A stretch of 60,404 nt of DNA, filler included, from Sphacelaria rigidula (GCA_964200075.2; 7 parts of 7 records of this genome joined end to end with filler, not necessarily neighbours in it); one strand, 5' to 3'; positions 37,000 to 50,291 are shown, numbered from the whole stretch's first letter. Notes: generated from the sequence alone by a model not told the origin. A program made the numbers and translations.

Positions 37000-37440
37000 G
37001 GCCACTTCTTATGCATATAAAACACTGTTGTTGTTGAAAAGAGCCTTTTTGCCTTTTCTCCGTCGTTTTTCGCCCGAAAAGAGGGCTGGGCGAATGTTGA
37101 CACTCTTATTATTTTACTTGCTCCACATTTGTTTTTGGCCCAACTTGCGTTTTCAATAACAAATGGCCAACTTAGTTAAAAAAAAAGGGGGAAAAAAATA
37201 TCATTTTTTCATAACTTGACCGTTTGGTATTGAAAATGCAAGTGTGGCCAAAAAAAGTAAAACCGCGGCCCACGGAAAACGCGAAGGTGCCCTGGAACGA
37301 TCTCAACGAGTAGAGCAAATTGTTCTAGGATGTCAACATCCTCCGCCTAGTAGTTAGTCCTCTTTTCGGGCGAAAAACGACGGAGAAGGGCCAAAAAGGC
37401 GCTTTTCAACAATATATATTTCCACACATAATTGGTGGCC
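37000..37440. mobile_element. PIF/Harbinger (Tourist-like) MITE
   Basis: About 90-bp TIRs starting GGCCAC and ending GTGGCC, with TAA on both flanks (36997-36999 and 37441-37443). Confidence 0.75.
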
Positions 37441-37514
37441 TAAAAACTGGTGAAATCCCGTTTTTATTTTACTTTGCTGTTCTCCCACACGTTGAAATTC
37501 ATTGCAGGATAATA

Positions 37515-37782
37515 ATACTCGTAGTAGGGTTTTTGATGCGTTGGGGTTTCCCTTTTCTTCCGAATGAATGTCTGAGTTTCACCATCATTGAAAGCGAGAG
37601 TACGCGAGTGAGTAAAAAGCAGTTGACTAAACTTGTTTGACGAGAGTTGAGCCGGCACGGGACTGCTGACCCTATCCGCAAGACCAAAATTCAACGCGTG
37701 TACCGGGGAGGTATGGTTTTATCCCTTAAGGCCACGGACTTCTCCTGTGGGAGGTGATTCCGAAGTGTGACAAAAATCAAAA
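37515..37782 (+). mobile_element. SINE family B copy (5'-degraded)
   Basis: Body and tail are homologous to 36470-36707. Confidence 0.65.
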
Positions 37783-38436
37783 GTAAGTGCTACATTTAAA
37801 ACTGTGTTGCCTCAAGTAAGTGTGAAAGCTGCTTGCTCCCCCGAGTACATTTTGTCGACCCCTCCCCCCTCTTCCGTACCACCGTAGAATGGCTTGCAGC
37901 GGCAAATACTGCCAATTTGTCCTGTCGGATGCATGAAAATTTCAGTTGTGAGACGACACGCACGTCCATCTTGTGCTGTGTGACCACGGGTCGATTTGTT
38001 GAGGTGAGCGTCAAGGTGCAGTATTCAATAGATCAGGACCGCCCAACTTTGGTTGCAAGCTTCTGCCATTACTCTTCGTATGACAGCAAACTCTTTTATC
38101 CCGCCCGTCATCATGAATAAGCTCCCTGAAGCCCTCAATTCCGATCGTCGCCGACCTATCGTCGCCGACCTATCGTCGTGCCGCGTATCATGTTGTATAT
38201 ACACATATCTGAGGTTGGTGTGGGCGCCAGTGGTGAAACAATGATACCTAGTTTCATTTGATTTGCGTTTCACCGGCACAGGAAACACTCGGAAGCACGC
38301 TAACGATATAAAATTGGAAAACTGTTTTCTGTGCATGCGTAGCACCCGAGGTCTCCTTGTTCCTCCGCAGCACAAAGCCCCGTCAACTTGCAATTCCAAG
38401 TCATCGATAGCAGCGAAAGGCAAGGAAGAACGAAGC

Positions 38437-38586
38437 ATGCTGCGCAGCACTATCGTAATTCTTGGTGCTATTGTAGCAATGGCGAGCTGCTCCTCCTCGG
38501 CGTCGGCCAGCAGCAGTTTTTCAGACTTCACGGTATCGGATGGCAAGGGACAGCCCTTTCCTCTGTCGAAGTACCAAGATACCCCT
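38437..38586 (+). CDS. GPX: Glutathione peroxidase (Cys-type, predicted signal peptide), exon 1
   Basis: MLRSTIVILGAIVAMASC (hydrophobic leader), then SFSDFTVSDGKGQPFPLSKY, the GPx N-terminal motif. GTGAGT donor, phase 0. Confidence 0.85.
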
Positions 38587-39199
38587 GTGAGTATATTGGT
38601 CGCAAGATGTGATGCTGGGTAGTATTGTACAACGGACAGTACCCACCGACCAGTTGTGCACTCACTCCGTTGGCAGCCGTGCTGTCCCGCCGCAGACAGT
38701 ATTTTTGCTCTTTTGTGCAAGATTTTTCAGCCGTTCACTGTAGTGATGCTCCCGGCTGCAGCACTCAGAGGCTGCTGCAGACCCGGTAAGCACAAGAGTT
38801 CAAGAGTAATAGTACTACATGTTCACATGAAGCCCGCTATACCACACGAAATTATTCACCGGAGGGCGCTGATGACAGGAACTGCACAAGTGGAAACTTG
38901 AAAATTGAATCATGATGTGGATGGATTATGGCTGATCTGCGGTAGGTTTCCTGTTGTACTTTCTCTTTTGCTTTTTATGCGCATGTAATTCGCATAAATT
39001 ATAGGTTCTTGTTTTTCGGTCTTCCACACTAAAATCAAGTAATTGTAACGCCTCGACCGGGTTTCCGCTTTAAAAAATAACCCCTTTTGAACGAGACGCA
39101 TATGTTTTTGTAGAAAAAAACGCGTAAGAAGCAAAAGCTTAGTTGTACAAAACTGGTAACAACAACAACTGGTGCAAGGTGGATGATCTGTTGCATCTT

Positions 39200-39497
39200 T
39201 TCTTTTTCTTGTCACACTTAAAACCCCTCCCCTTCCTCGGGAGGAGTCCGTGGTCTGAAGGAATGAACCCGTCTCTCCCCGGTGCACGCCTTGCATCTTG
39301 GTCTCGCGGATTGGGTCAGCACTCCCGCCCCGCGTAAACTCTCGTCAAACAAAGTCACCCAACTACTTTTTGTCCTCTCATGAAATCACACTTTCGACGG
39401 TAGAAATCAGATCGAAGAAAAAAACCAACTCATCATCGGGAATCAAACCCAAGTTTTCTTCACCCTAGCGGTCACAGTCGGACCACTGGAACACCCA
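39200..39497 (-). mobile_element. SINE family B copy in GPx intron 1
   Basis: Reverse-strand homology to the other family B copies. Confidence 0.75.
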
Positions 39498-39614
39498 AAC
39501 GCATCAAGGGCCATCTGTAAGACCCAAAATAGCCACCCTAGCGGCCAAAAGGATAGCCGCAAGAGTCCCGAGCCAGGCGCCGAGCTTTCGCAGCATGCAT
39601 TTGTATTTCATTTA

Positions 39615-39935
39615 CATGTATAGCAGTAAAACTAGGCGTTGCTAGGTACTGAGGTACTCTTCTCTCTGTCCCTTTTGCTCCGTGGCTCAACTCGGTCCGA
39701 AGAAAGCGGAGCACGCCTGTGGGGATATGTATGTATCTGTACGGCACGGTGTGTGCTCTCCCAAACGCCATACCCTTAGCCTTTGTGTATAGCAGTATAA
39801 CTGAACGTCGCCAGGTACTGAGGTCCCCCCTTGTCCATCCCCTTTGCCCCTGGCTTTATTTGGTCCGCAAAGGACATGACACGTCGGTGTAGACATATAC
39901 CTATCTGTACGACGTTTGCGTTCTCCGAACCTCCG
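39615..39935. repeat. Diverged two-unit tandem repeat (about 170 bp) in GPx intron 1
   Basis: tgtatagcagta...aggtactgaggt...ggtccg...tatctgtacg occurs twice. Confidence 0.6.
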
Positions 39936-40125
39936 TAATCTGTGCTTGCCTGTGTTGTATCGGGAGGCGTCCTAGTAGCGACCTTTGGATGTTTCCTGCC
40001 TTGTGTTATGCTGTGGTGTTCTTCATCGCATTTATTTTGCTTTACGGTGCTTCCCGAGATACGCCACGTTTTGTTCAAAATGTTGGCCACGCGCCGTCGC
40101 TGCCGGCTCCAAAAACGAATTGCAG

Positions 40126-40338
40126 GCGGTGCTCGTCGTCAACGTGGCAAGTCAGTGCGGCTACACCGACAGCAACTACCGAGAACTGCAGGCTCTACGC
40201 CAATCGCACGACGAGGAAAAATTGGCCATCCTCGCGTTCCCTTGCAACCAGTTTGGTCGACAAGAGCCCGGCACGTACGATGAGATCCTCAGCTTCGTGG
40301 ACAAGCAGTACGGCGTCACCTTCCCCGTCATGGATAAG
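40126..40338 (+). CDS. GPX: Glutathione peroxidase, exon 2 (3' exon or exons not found in the segment)
   Basis: VLVVNVASQCGYT...LAFPCNQFGRQEPG...YGVTFPVMDK; TGCAG acceptor and GTAATG donor; catalytic codon TGC at 40156-40158. Confidence 0.93.
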
Positions 40339-40610
40339 GTAATGTCGGCGCGATCTCTGCTTCCACAATCTGTAGTACTGTGGTATTACACTCTGCTACA
40401 TTGTTATCCGGTCTCTGGGTTGTATGCGCTACCATCGTTGAATGCCTCTACAAAAGCAGAAGACCGATGGCATCGTTTTCGTACACTTTTCGTTGTGGGA
40501 GCGGCTACTCAGGTGGCTTGACAAGGACAAAAAGTGTCAAACCCGTAGACAAAATACTGCATTCGCAAAAAGTGCACTGCATGCAGCATGGGATTCGTTG
40601 TCTATTACAG

Positions 40611-40977
40611 TGTGTTGTGTGTCGTTTGTTGCCATCTCATCTATTCTGGACGCCAGTCTACATCTTTCGGTAAACGTGGAGCGTATCAGCCGGGGTCACA
40701 CAGGAGGGTCAATACAGCAGTTTTACTTTTTCATCTTGTTGTAGTACTGCACATCCCTTCTGCTATGCTTGTCGTACTTGTTATCGCAAGAAGGACCCAG
40801 CAGTTCCTTTCCTTCGTCGACCGTGAGGTCGAATGTTGTGTACCCACGTCATGGTCGCTCTCCCCTAGTGAGCATGATGCGAGAAAATAAACCAGGTCGT
40901 GTGACTATACCAAATTCGAACCCACGCCCTGTCCGACAGAAGGTTTCGAGGTGACCAACTTCGCCACAGGGGCGACC
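40611..40977 (-). mobile_element. SINE family A, full-length copy in GPx intron 2
   Basis: Reverse-complement homology to 18763-19100, including the tRNA-like head. Confidence 0.85.
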
Positions 40978-43218
40978 AGTTTATGCCAATTAAATACATC
41001 ATATACGCAGTACACTTTTTTGCAATGTTGTCCATTGTCCTGCAGATGAAGAATATGATCCTTCTTTGCAGTAATAACCCGCCAAAGGTCTCAAGTTTCG
41101 CCACGAAGCCTTTTCTCGTTCAACGGGTGGTGGTATGTACTTTACTTTGTGGAAGAAATCGATAAAGATACATCTCAGGAAAGCCTTAGGAACTACGTCG
41201 CGAATATGCTCGCTCAAGAAGATTTCGGCCACTGAAATCCGAACGAAACGCGCAAATATAGAGGTTCGCTCACGAGGATCCCACCCTCGTGGTCTTGTGC
41301 GTGCCTTGAAAGAGTGTCTCGCATGTAAATTGAATGAACAATCAACCTCCCACTCAAGACATGGCGTGCACCTAGATGCGGCTCATTCTCCATATCGGTC
41401 ACAGTACGGTGCAGCACAGTGCAGTCCTGGATATGCCCACCTGTGGCGGACATGTGACCGGTAGACGTGACTCCTCGCACGATGTCAGGGCGACAACAAC
41501 GTGTCCTGCGGGGCATTGAGCCAACGGCAATCTTGTGCCAACATGAAGTGTATCTGCGGGTGGAGAGATGTGATACCCGATTCCATGTAACCACCGGTAT
41601 CAGATACTGACGTCTGGTGCGAACTGTAGTTTTTTTGTGTGCGGTAGCTGCTGACAGCTTGTGCCGCCGACGGTTCTGCTGCCAGCCGTGTCTGAAGGGG
41701 GTACACACGAGCGATGGATTAACCCGATCATTTCTGCGTCACTCAGCCGTTGCGTGAGCGCAGTCCACAAGTTGTCTTTCCCATGGCGTGGTGGTCTTTT
41801 TTTCTTGGGTATGTTGTACGTTGTGCCGCCACACCGCGGTGGTGTAACTGGTGAATAACTGAAATCTGTGAGACCGTTTCTTGCGCTACGAGAAGTTTTT
41901 TTTTTTCTTCCTGGTCATTTCTCGGACAGATTCCTCAATCACCGTTTTTTTTATGGACTTTTTCTCCCAGAAATTTCAAGTGTTCGAGAAATGATCATTT
42001 TTGTCAACGAAAGGCCTTTCTCATACAATCGTGGGAGGATTGCCCCCACTTTCCAAACTGAATGACGGTTGCTTGACAAAACTGTTCGGCTGAGCATGCT
42101 TCCATACGTTGGGAATATGGAGTTTGGAGACTATAATTCTGTCGAGGAGCCCATTGCAGGTGTGCACCAGCTTCACAACATGGCGACCGTGATGATTCAG
42201 ATGGACGTCCCTGACAGTATCACATCGTTGATGACAAGGGATCATCGGGGACTGACAGCGACGGTCTTTTCGATCACAAAATCGCCGGTTACTTCGGCCC
42301 TGCCTCCTGTCCTCGTGATGCAGTGCCTGATGGCTGTACCCTGCTTCTTCTGCGCGCCACGATGCATGCTTAACTACTGCTTCTTCACGGTTTGCGTGCA
42401 CTCTGCAAATCTTTAGTCCATGACCAAGTACCTTTCCACTGTAATCGGACACAACGACTGATCCCAGCCGTGCGGGGCCACTTTTTTTGTGACGCGTACT
42501 GGTACAAGAGGGTATTGTTTGCGCCACGAGAAGATGTTCTGTGGTGCCTCGACTGATGGTAGAGCTTGAAAAAAGAGGTGCTCCAATCCGCTGTACTGTA
42601 CTTAGCGGGGTGCGCCGACTACCGAGAGCGAGTGAAAAGAGTTGGAGTGCGGCAATGTATCGTGCATGAAATGAGTGCTATCTGCACACTGTTTTGTAGT
42701 TGTATCGTCCAGTCAGTTGGTGTTTCAATTGCGCTGGTTTCCGCCCAAATTGGCTGGGAAACCAAGCGGAGCTATCCACAAGACAACAGCTCACGTTCTA
42801 CTACACTCGTGTAGGTTACAGCACAGTGCGATCGGTGCATGCGGTACAGACAGGTATTGAGCTTTTATTTTTCTCCAGTCAGCACGAAGCACACTTTCAC
42901 CCAGGACACTCGATGCACCTCGCTTGCCCTAGGGATCTCCGTCTGCCGTGGGTTGGGGCTTGTGTGGGCGTCAGTGTTATGCTTTGACAAAAAAAAATCA
43001 TGTTTCAACCGAGAGTGACCAAAAAAAAAACTCCGAGACCCTATGTACCCCCCCCCCCCCCCTTTTCCTCCTTCCCCCCTTTACCCACCTCCACAACGAC
43101 TCATCTCTCGCGGTTGCGNNNNNNNNNNNNNNNNNNNNNNNNNNNNNNNNNNNNNNNNNNNNTTAATTAATTAANNNNNNNNNNNNNNNNNNNNNNNNNN
43201 NNNNNNNNNNNNNNNNNN

Positions 43219-46200
43219 CGGATCCGGATGAACGCAGTCGTCGTGTAGAACCCAGTGGTTCCTTGAAGCGCTGTTCCTGTCGGTTGTTGATATCGTGACC
43301 TTCGCCGTTGTCCTTGTTCGAATCCAGGGATGTACTTCCGTCGTGGATTTGCTCCAGATCCGCCGTGTCGACCGATGATTCTTCTTCTTTACTATCCGGA
43401 AGATTGGTACCGCTCAGGGGTTCCGGATCCAGCTCGATGAAACTGACATTCCGGCGGGTTGTATTGCGTCCCGTAGCCCGATCGTAGATACAAAAGGTTG
43501 GGCTGTCGTCGTTGTAGCCAACCAAATCACCTTCCCACGCTTTTGGCTGCAGCTTGGTGGTATGGCCTTCGACGTGGACGAAGGCTCTGAATCCGATGAT
43601 CCGAAGAAAGGAAAGGTTTGCCTGCTTGCCGAACATGCGATGGTAGGGCGTGTCCCCTTGTAGAGCCTTGTGCGGTAGACGATTTATGAGGAATACCGCA
43701 GTTGCCGTAATCTCCCCCAATAGGTGCTTAGGCAGACCCGCTTCGTTCAGGAGGCAGCGGGTCATATCCATGATAGTCCGCCCGTCGCACCCCGATATGC
43801 CGTTTTGTTGCGGCGGGTGTGGGGAGCTGAACTGCTGTATGATCCCCGTAGTTTTGCAGTAGTCGCGGAACGCAGGGCTGGCATATTCCCCGCCGTTGTC
43901 CGAATGTAGACGTTGTACCCGTAGACCGAGTGGAATGGCGAGGTCTTGAACGAACCGTACCAGAGAAGAAAGGGCGTCACGTTTCCTTTCGAGGAAGTAG
44001 ACGGCCTCAAGCCTGGAGTAATGATCGCTAAACTTGGCCATGTACTGGTAGCCACCGATCGCAGTTGGAGTGACGGGCCCTAGAAGGCCCGTGCTGACGA
44101 GTAGAAGTCGTTGCGTGGCGCCTGTGCTCCTGGTCTTGGGATGATTCCGCTGTGTGCTTTTGTTCACCCTCACGTCCCGCATGCTGAAAAGGAGTCGGAC
44201 AACGCGACCCCGCTCTCTTTTATCCGCCCGACTTGTAGTAGTACTCGGGCATTGGGATGTCCGAGTCGCTGATGCCACGTGTTGGCCATCGATGTAGCCG
44301 GTGAGGTGGCACATGCTGTTTCCTTCTCTGTGTCCTGGATCAAAGAGGCACTGGATGCTTTTTTCGCTCTTGCAGGTGCCAGATTGGCGCCGGAGACGGT
44401 TAAAAAACCGTATTGAGTGCAGATGCTGTCCGGTGCGATAGCCAGATCCAAGTAGTACATGGTGGTGCAGGAGCTGTCTTGTCGAAGAGGCAGATTGAAG
44501 TTTCCCGTTCTAATGAAAGAGAAATCATCAAAAACCAATGACATCCCTCTTTGTACTGCTGTTTCTCCCGAGAACAGGTGACGTCCCAGCCCTGGTGCAT
44601 TGGTGAAGGGCAGCAGGACCTTGTGCTCGGCCCCGGTGTGGTCCCGTGTGACGACCTTCATTTTTCCTCTGCCGGTGTCGTGGAGGTTTCCCTTGCTGGC
44701 GACGTTGATGACGATCGGCGGGTCGGACTTCTGATACTCGATCATCCCGTGCTGAAGATTTGGAAGCAAGTCAGGATCGACAAAGTGGTTGCTTGCGCCG
44801 GTGTCGACAGTCATGGTGAAACGCGAAGGAGCAGCGCTGGTGTTCAGGCTGCTGGTGGCGACGAAGGAGCAACCCATTCCGGCAGGAGGTGAAGGGTCTG
44901 AAGGCGATGGATCTGAAGCCTGTTGAGTGGTGGCAGTCGCGGAGGCAGTCGCGGAGGCAGTCGCGGAAGTTGGAGTAGATGATCCGGCTGTGTTGTAGTG
45001 TCCCAACACAGTAATAGACCCCGGTGTCGCTGTTGCTGTGTGTGCTGCCACGTTGGTGTTGTTGTTGTCACCACCTTGTCCGCTGTTCACGCCTCCTTGT
45101 CCACTGTTGTTGTTGAAACGGCCATGTCTGCTGTTGCTGAAGCGTCCTTGTCCACTGTCGCTGAAGCGGGATTGCCCTTGCTGCCGTGGTCCGCTGTTGT
45201 GACGTGGTCCTCGGCCGCGCTGCCCTTGCTGCCGCTGATCGTCAGGATCATCGCCCCAGTGTTGTTGCACCTTGCAGGTCGAATTGTCGTGAAGACTGGT
45301 TTTGTACAAGGAGAACCACCAGTTACTTCTTCCCCCTCCGTTGTTTCTTGTGCTCTTCTCGTTGTTTCGTTTAAAGCAGGTATTGATGTCATGACCAGGC
45401 TTTTTGCAGTAGTTGCAGTATTTTGCCGTCGTGGCGGTCATCGCCGAGGTGCGACCCTTCGCTGCACGCGAAAGCCCGTTTTCTGCGACATGGTTTGCGA
45501 ACATGTTCCTCATGGTGAACATGGCGTCTTCAAGATTAAAAGCGTCTTACGATTCCGCAAGCAGTTGAATCTGGGCGTACTCGTGTGTCAGCCCATCCAG
45601 GATGATGTCCAGTATCTCGTCGTCCGTAATCACTCGACCCATTTCCGCCAGTTTATCTCGCAACGAAAATACCTCGTTGCAGAAGACGTCCGGGTCTTGA
45701 CCTTACTGCATTCTCATGTTAGACAGCCTTTTTCCCATAACTCGACGCCGCTGGCATGAAGGGTTCTTGTATTTTTCCACCAGACCATTCCAAGCGGCGA
45801 TGCCGTTTGGCAAAATGCCTGGTCTTGGCTTGTACTTTAGGACAAAGCTTGCTGCCGGTCCTGCCGTACTCAAGAACAGGAAGTGGAACAATATCTGGTT
45901 GGCCATGTACCACTCCCGGATGTCCTCGACGTTCTGGATGTTGTCATCCATCTCCTACATCACAGAAGTAGGAGTCTCGCCGCTTGTTGAAGTCGGCTCA
46001 TCTGGTGCAAGCTGCTGCTGTTGCTCGGGATGCAGCGCTGAGTCTTCTGATGCATCCTTGTCTTTATCCTCTTCTTCATCTTCGATACTTGAGGTTGCTT
46101 GTTTCTTGCGCTTGCCAGCTTTGCCCTTGGTCTTCTTGTAAATGGTCGGCGGATATGGTCTGCCGTCCAGGATGTCTGCAATGCCCGAATGTCGCATGCT

Positions 46201-47461
46201 GATCACGGACTGTGCTGTGCGGGACCAGACATCGAAGTCCGTCCCGTTGAACTTTCCGCCAACAGCCTTGACGAGCTTGTCCACTGCGTCCGCCGCCGCA
46301 GTATTTGTCAATGGCTCTCCCATGCTGCGGTGATTCTGTTGCTGTTATTGTTGTTGTTGCTGTTGCCGTCCGTGTAGATGATGTGCACTCGTGCAGCAGT
46401 CGTACGATGACTTTGAAAAATCCCGAGAGAAACTGACAGTCCCTCAACAGAAGATGATGATGCACCCAGGTGTGAGTTACCTATGGGTGTTGGCTGCGAA
46501 TGCCAGTTGATAGGCTTGATGGATCCGAAATCCTTGCTTCTTGGCTTGTGTTGCTAGAAGAACCTGCCGAACTGATGATGTCGTAGCTGAAGACGACCTA
46601 GCTGAGTGTCGTTGCTGATGACGACGAATCTCTCTTTCTCGAAAAAACTCTCACGCAACAAAAATACGGAGGAATAGCTCGGAACTTGCCGATGCGATGC
46701 GGTTGATTGTCGATCTTGTTGATGACCGAAGATGCTCACTAGCGAGATGAGCGTGGATGGGTAGCTTTGAGCTGACTCCGTCAAACTGCTGTAGTGATGT
46801 CTTGGCGATGTGGATGATGCCGACGCGCCTGATCTTGATGGACCTCCACAGAGCTTGAATTTGATTGACGGGAAATAACTTGAGGTTCCCGTCGGTGCGA
46901 TGTTCGTGTTCTGCTTGGAAGAGCGGTGCCGATCCTCTTGAGAACGCGTTGATCACTGACGACGCTGTGACTCCTTGCTCTGCTTATTGCTGGAGCTCGA
47001 GGCTCATAACCTGAAGGAATATGGCTTCACTCTAGATGGTGTGCCGATGTGGCAACTGTCTTCTGCAGTTTATGTTGAGGTGCAGAGAGTGACGGTTAAG
47101 TCACTTGACTTGAGAATGGAGATGTTGGACTTGGCGCTTATGTGGCCGAAGATTCTGACTCATGGAAGAGAAGAGTATGAGAAGAGAAATAGTAGAGGAG
47201 TGATCAGGTGGGCGAGCACCAAGTGTTCGAGCCTACCGATCAGCTAATGAACTTCCAGAACTTCCACACGTCTAGAACACTCGCGGGATAGTATGACCGA
47301 TAACTCCCGATTAATCCCCCGACAACTTGTTCTGGAACCATAATGTACCGCAGAATATACCAAAGACTATTCCTGGGCCACTCAAATGATTTTTTACCTC
47401 TTTACGATAACCTACGATAGATAGTAGTCGTTACCAATGACTGACATTGAATAATCCAACA
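43219..47461 (-). mobile_element. Ty1/copia LTR retrotransposon A, 5' part (LTR, PBS, gag, protease, integrase); decayed
   Basis: Gag KFNGTDFDVW and a UBN2-like region, knuckle CNYCKKPGHDINTC, protease VDTGASNHF, WHQRLGH, integrase RLHSDNGGEY...PQQNG placed before RT. In-frame stops at 45955, 45703 and near 45550, and a frameshift near 44170. Confidence 0.95.
47001..47461 (-). repeat. 5' LTR of copia A (47012-47461) and PBS (47001-47011)
   Basis: Minus strand reads TGTTGGATTAT...ATATTCCTTCA (imperfect terminal inverted repeat), followed immediately by GGTTATGAGCC. Confidence 0.8.
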
Positions 47462-47492
47462 TGGAGTTCGTCACGATATACGTACCACAATC

Positions 47493-47750
47493 GACACTTT
47501 CTACGATACCCCCCCAAAAAAACAAAATAAGAAACAAACCGAAGTGGTACGAAACAAATGGCCATACAGCGCCTGATGTTTGGATCCAGGCTGCATGAAG
47601 CGCATCATATTGGCGGCATTGGCGAGAACGAACCCAAGCGTGGGAATTCCCAGCTGCTCATTGTGCTCGGCTTTTCCCATTTCGATTCATGTGAAGAGTT
47701 TGCGAACCCAAACCATGCACGCTTTTGGGGGGGCTATTGTAGAAAGTGTC
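47493..47750 (+). mobile_element. MITE family 'GAC' copy 3
   Basis: TIRs GACACTTTCTACGATA / TATTGTAGAAAGTGTC; aatc duplicated on both flanks. Confidence 0.85.
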
Positions 47751-48032
47751 AATCGCACGTTCAAGAACCGTGTGAGTGTTGTGTGTATTCCTCTGTCTGA
47801 AACGACCGTTCCGGTAGAAATTCAGCCAGTACAGCAATCTTGTTGATGGCGAAATTTACGATGAACTCGGGAGGGAAAAGCATTTATACCTTACTGCTGA
47901 TAGATAAATGTAAATCACAACAGGCTATCACGTACGTATCCTCAATCGTCCGAGAACGGTAAGGTATAACTTTATCTGTCCACCGCCTGTAAACACCAAT
48001 ATCGAATATTAGACACTACTGCTACTGATCAC

Positions 48033-48120
48033 CTTCGACACACTGCTGCCAGCTCTCCGTCAGTAAGAGCATGATCTAGTGTCTTCATCACGCGCGCTAG
48101 TTGCGCTTGAGTGCACGTTC
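48033..48120 (-). CDS. EF-hand-containing protein, exon
   Basis: CAG acceptor at 48123-48121 and GTGATC donor. Completes the split EF-hand DFDRLGHG/TCTQAQLARVM in the correct phase. Confidence 0.75.
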
Positions 48121-48123
48121 CTG

Positions 48124-48925
48124 NNNNNNNNNNNNNNNNNNNNNNNNNNNNNNNNNNNNNNNNNNNNNNNNNNNNNNNNNNNNNNNNNNNNNNNNNNNNN
48201 NNNNNNNNNNNNNNNNNNNNNNNNNNNNNNNNNNNNNNNNNNNNNNNNNNNNNNNNNNNNNNNNNNNNNNNNNNNNNNNNNNNNNNNNNNNNNNNNNNNN
48301 NNNNNNNNNNNNNNNNNNNNNNNNNNNNNNNNNNNNNNNNNNNNNNNNNNNNNNNNNNNNNNNNNNNNNNNNNNNNNNNNNNNNNNNNNNNNNNNNNNNN
48401 NNNNNNNNNNNNNNNNNNNNNNNNNNNNNNNNNNNNNNNNNNNNNNNNNNNNNNNNNNNNNNNNNNNNNNNNNNNNNNNNNNNNNNNNNNNNNNNNNNNN
48501 NNNNNNNNNNNNNNNNNNNNNNNNNNNNNNNNNNNNNNNNNNNNNNNNNNNNNNNNNNNNNNNNNNNNNNNNNNNNNNNNNNNNNNNNNNNNNNNNNNNN
48601 NNNNNNNNNNNNNNNNNNNNNNNNNNNNNNNNNNNNNNNNNNNNNNNNNNNNNNNNNNNNNNNNNNNNNNNNNNNNNNNNNNNNNNNNNNNNNNNNNNNN
48701 NNNNNNNNNNNNNNNNNNNNNNNNNNNNNNNNNNNNNNNNNNNNNNNNNNNNNNNNNNNNNNNNNNNNNNNNNNNNNNNNNNNNNNNNNNNNNNNNNNNN
48801 NNNNNNNNNNNNNNNNNNNNNNNNNNNNNNNNNNNNNNNNNNNNNNNNNNNNNNNNNNNNNNNNNNNNNNNNNNNNNNNNNNNNNNNNNNNNNNNNNNNN
48901 NNNNNNNNNNNNNNNNNNNNNNNNN
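48124..48925. other. Native assembly gap (802 N); a 10-N gap also lies at 35655-35664
   Basis: N run without the TTAATTAATTAA core. Confidence 0.95.
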
Positions 48926-49364
48926 TATTTCGAAGCATTCTATGTCCACAGCAAGTCGGGTTTGCTCGCTATTCCTCAAGTACTCCAACTCAACAAGTCA
49001 CCCCACAACGCCTTTCAATAATGATATCTGTTCGTGGTGCGATCGATACAAGCCCCTCGTGCAATATGCCCATCCTCACTCGACTTAATCCACCGTGACC
49101 TCAAGGGTTTTGAATTATTCAACGATCAGAAATCGCTAATCACGCTTGAAGTCTGTGAAAAGACACATCGTAGGCGGGTGCGATGCAACAGCTCCGTCAG
49201 TTCACTGATGGTGGCTCACAGGGATCAGCTTAGGGATAAATAACCAGCGTCGAAATACCCCATATACGCAATGAGTACAGTATCGCCTCACTATGGCGCA
49301 AGCGGAAGATGCATCGTGGAATATTCAGCATCGACAGCATATTCTCTGCGCGCAGTCTATTACT

Positions 49365-49715
49365 TATTTTATTTTATTTTTGTCGCACTTTGAACCCCTC
49401 CCCTTCCTTGGGACGAGTCCGTGATCTTAAGGAATGAGCCCATCTCTCCCCCCGGTACACGTCTGAGTAGCCCCCTCCGGTACACGCCTTGCATTTTGTT
49501 CTCGCGGGTTGGGTCATGACTATCAGCACTCCCGCACCGCATCGACTGTCGTCAAACAAACCCAGTCGACTACTTTGTTTACTCACGTTCTCACGCTCTC
49601 CACGGTGGAAATCAGATACTACGAAGAAGAACCTCAGCGCATCGGGAATCGAACCCTCGTTCTCTCAACCCTACCGGCGACAGTCGGACCATTACACCAC
49701 CGGGGCGCGGCGACC
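49365..49715 (-). mobile_element. SINE family B, best-preserved copy
   Basis: Minus strand: A box TGGTGTAATGG, B box GGTTCGATTCCC, A-rich tail. Confidence 0.85.
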
Positions 49716-50291
49716 GGAGTCTATTCCCATATAACCTGTGTAGAAAATTCGACTCCCGCATTTTATAGCAGGAGCTGCATTATAACATACCACAAAAAAA
49801 CAAAAGCCGCCCGCCCTCACCCTTTGACGGCGAAGGTAAATCATAGATCATCCGGCCATGCGGTCATTTGTCAAGTGAGATTGATAATAATGCAACACAT
49901 ACAACAGTGTTTTCGTCAGATTGAGAGTAGGGGATGCGATTGAGAGTGAAAAGCGATCAATTAGTGAATGAATCATTTCAGTTCCAAAATGCCCCTCCCC
50001 GAGCCCTAATATATGTTTCCGTAGTAGCTTGCCACTGAGGCCCTTAATATCCCTGAGTAGGATATCGACGTGTAGCTGTAAGCACACGCCAGCGTTGGAG
50101 AAAAAGGAAAGCACATACGGAATGAGACGTTGGCTAAGTTACAGCAAATTGTCAAAGCCACTCTCAATCAGCGCGCCACTCTCAATCTCACGAAAACGTT
50201 GTTAAACATGACCTACGCCCGCGTTCGACGGGTTACTATTTGTTTCTCACGAGAGCGGAGGAACGGATTGCACCGTTTGACACCAACTCAC

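Noticed and set aside
40156..40158. Selenocysteine GPx
   Set aside because: The codon is TGC (Cys), not TGA.
42069..42416. Degenerate copia gag fragment (NMEFGDYNSVEE...)
   Set aside because: The resemblance is too weak, with no supporting LTR or pol motifs.
48029..49098. Long ORFs of about 290-340 aa in the ORF track
   Set aside because: Artefacts of translating through the N gap.
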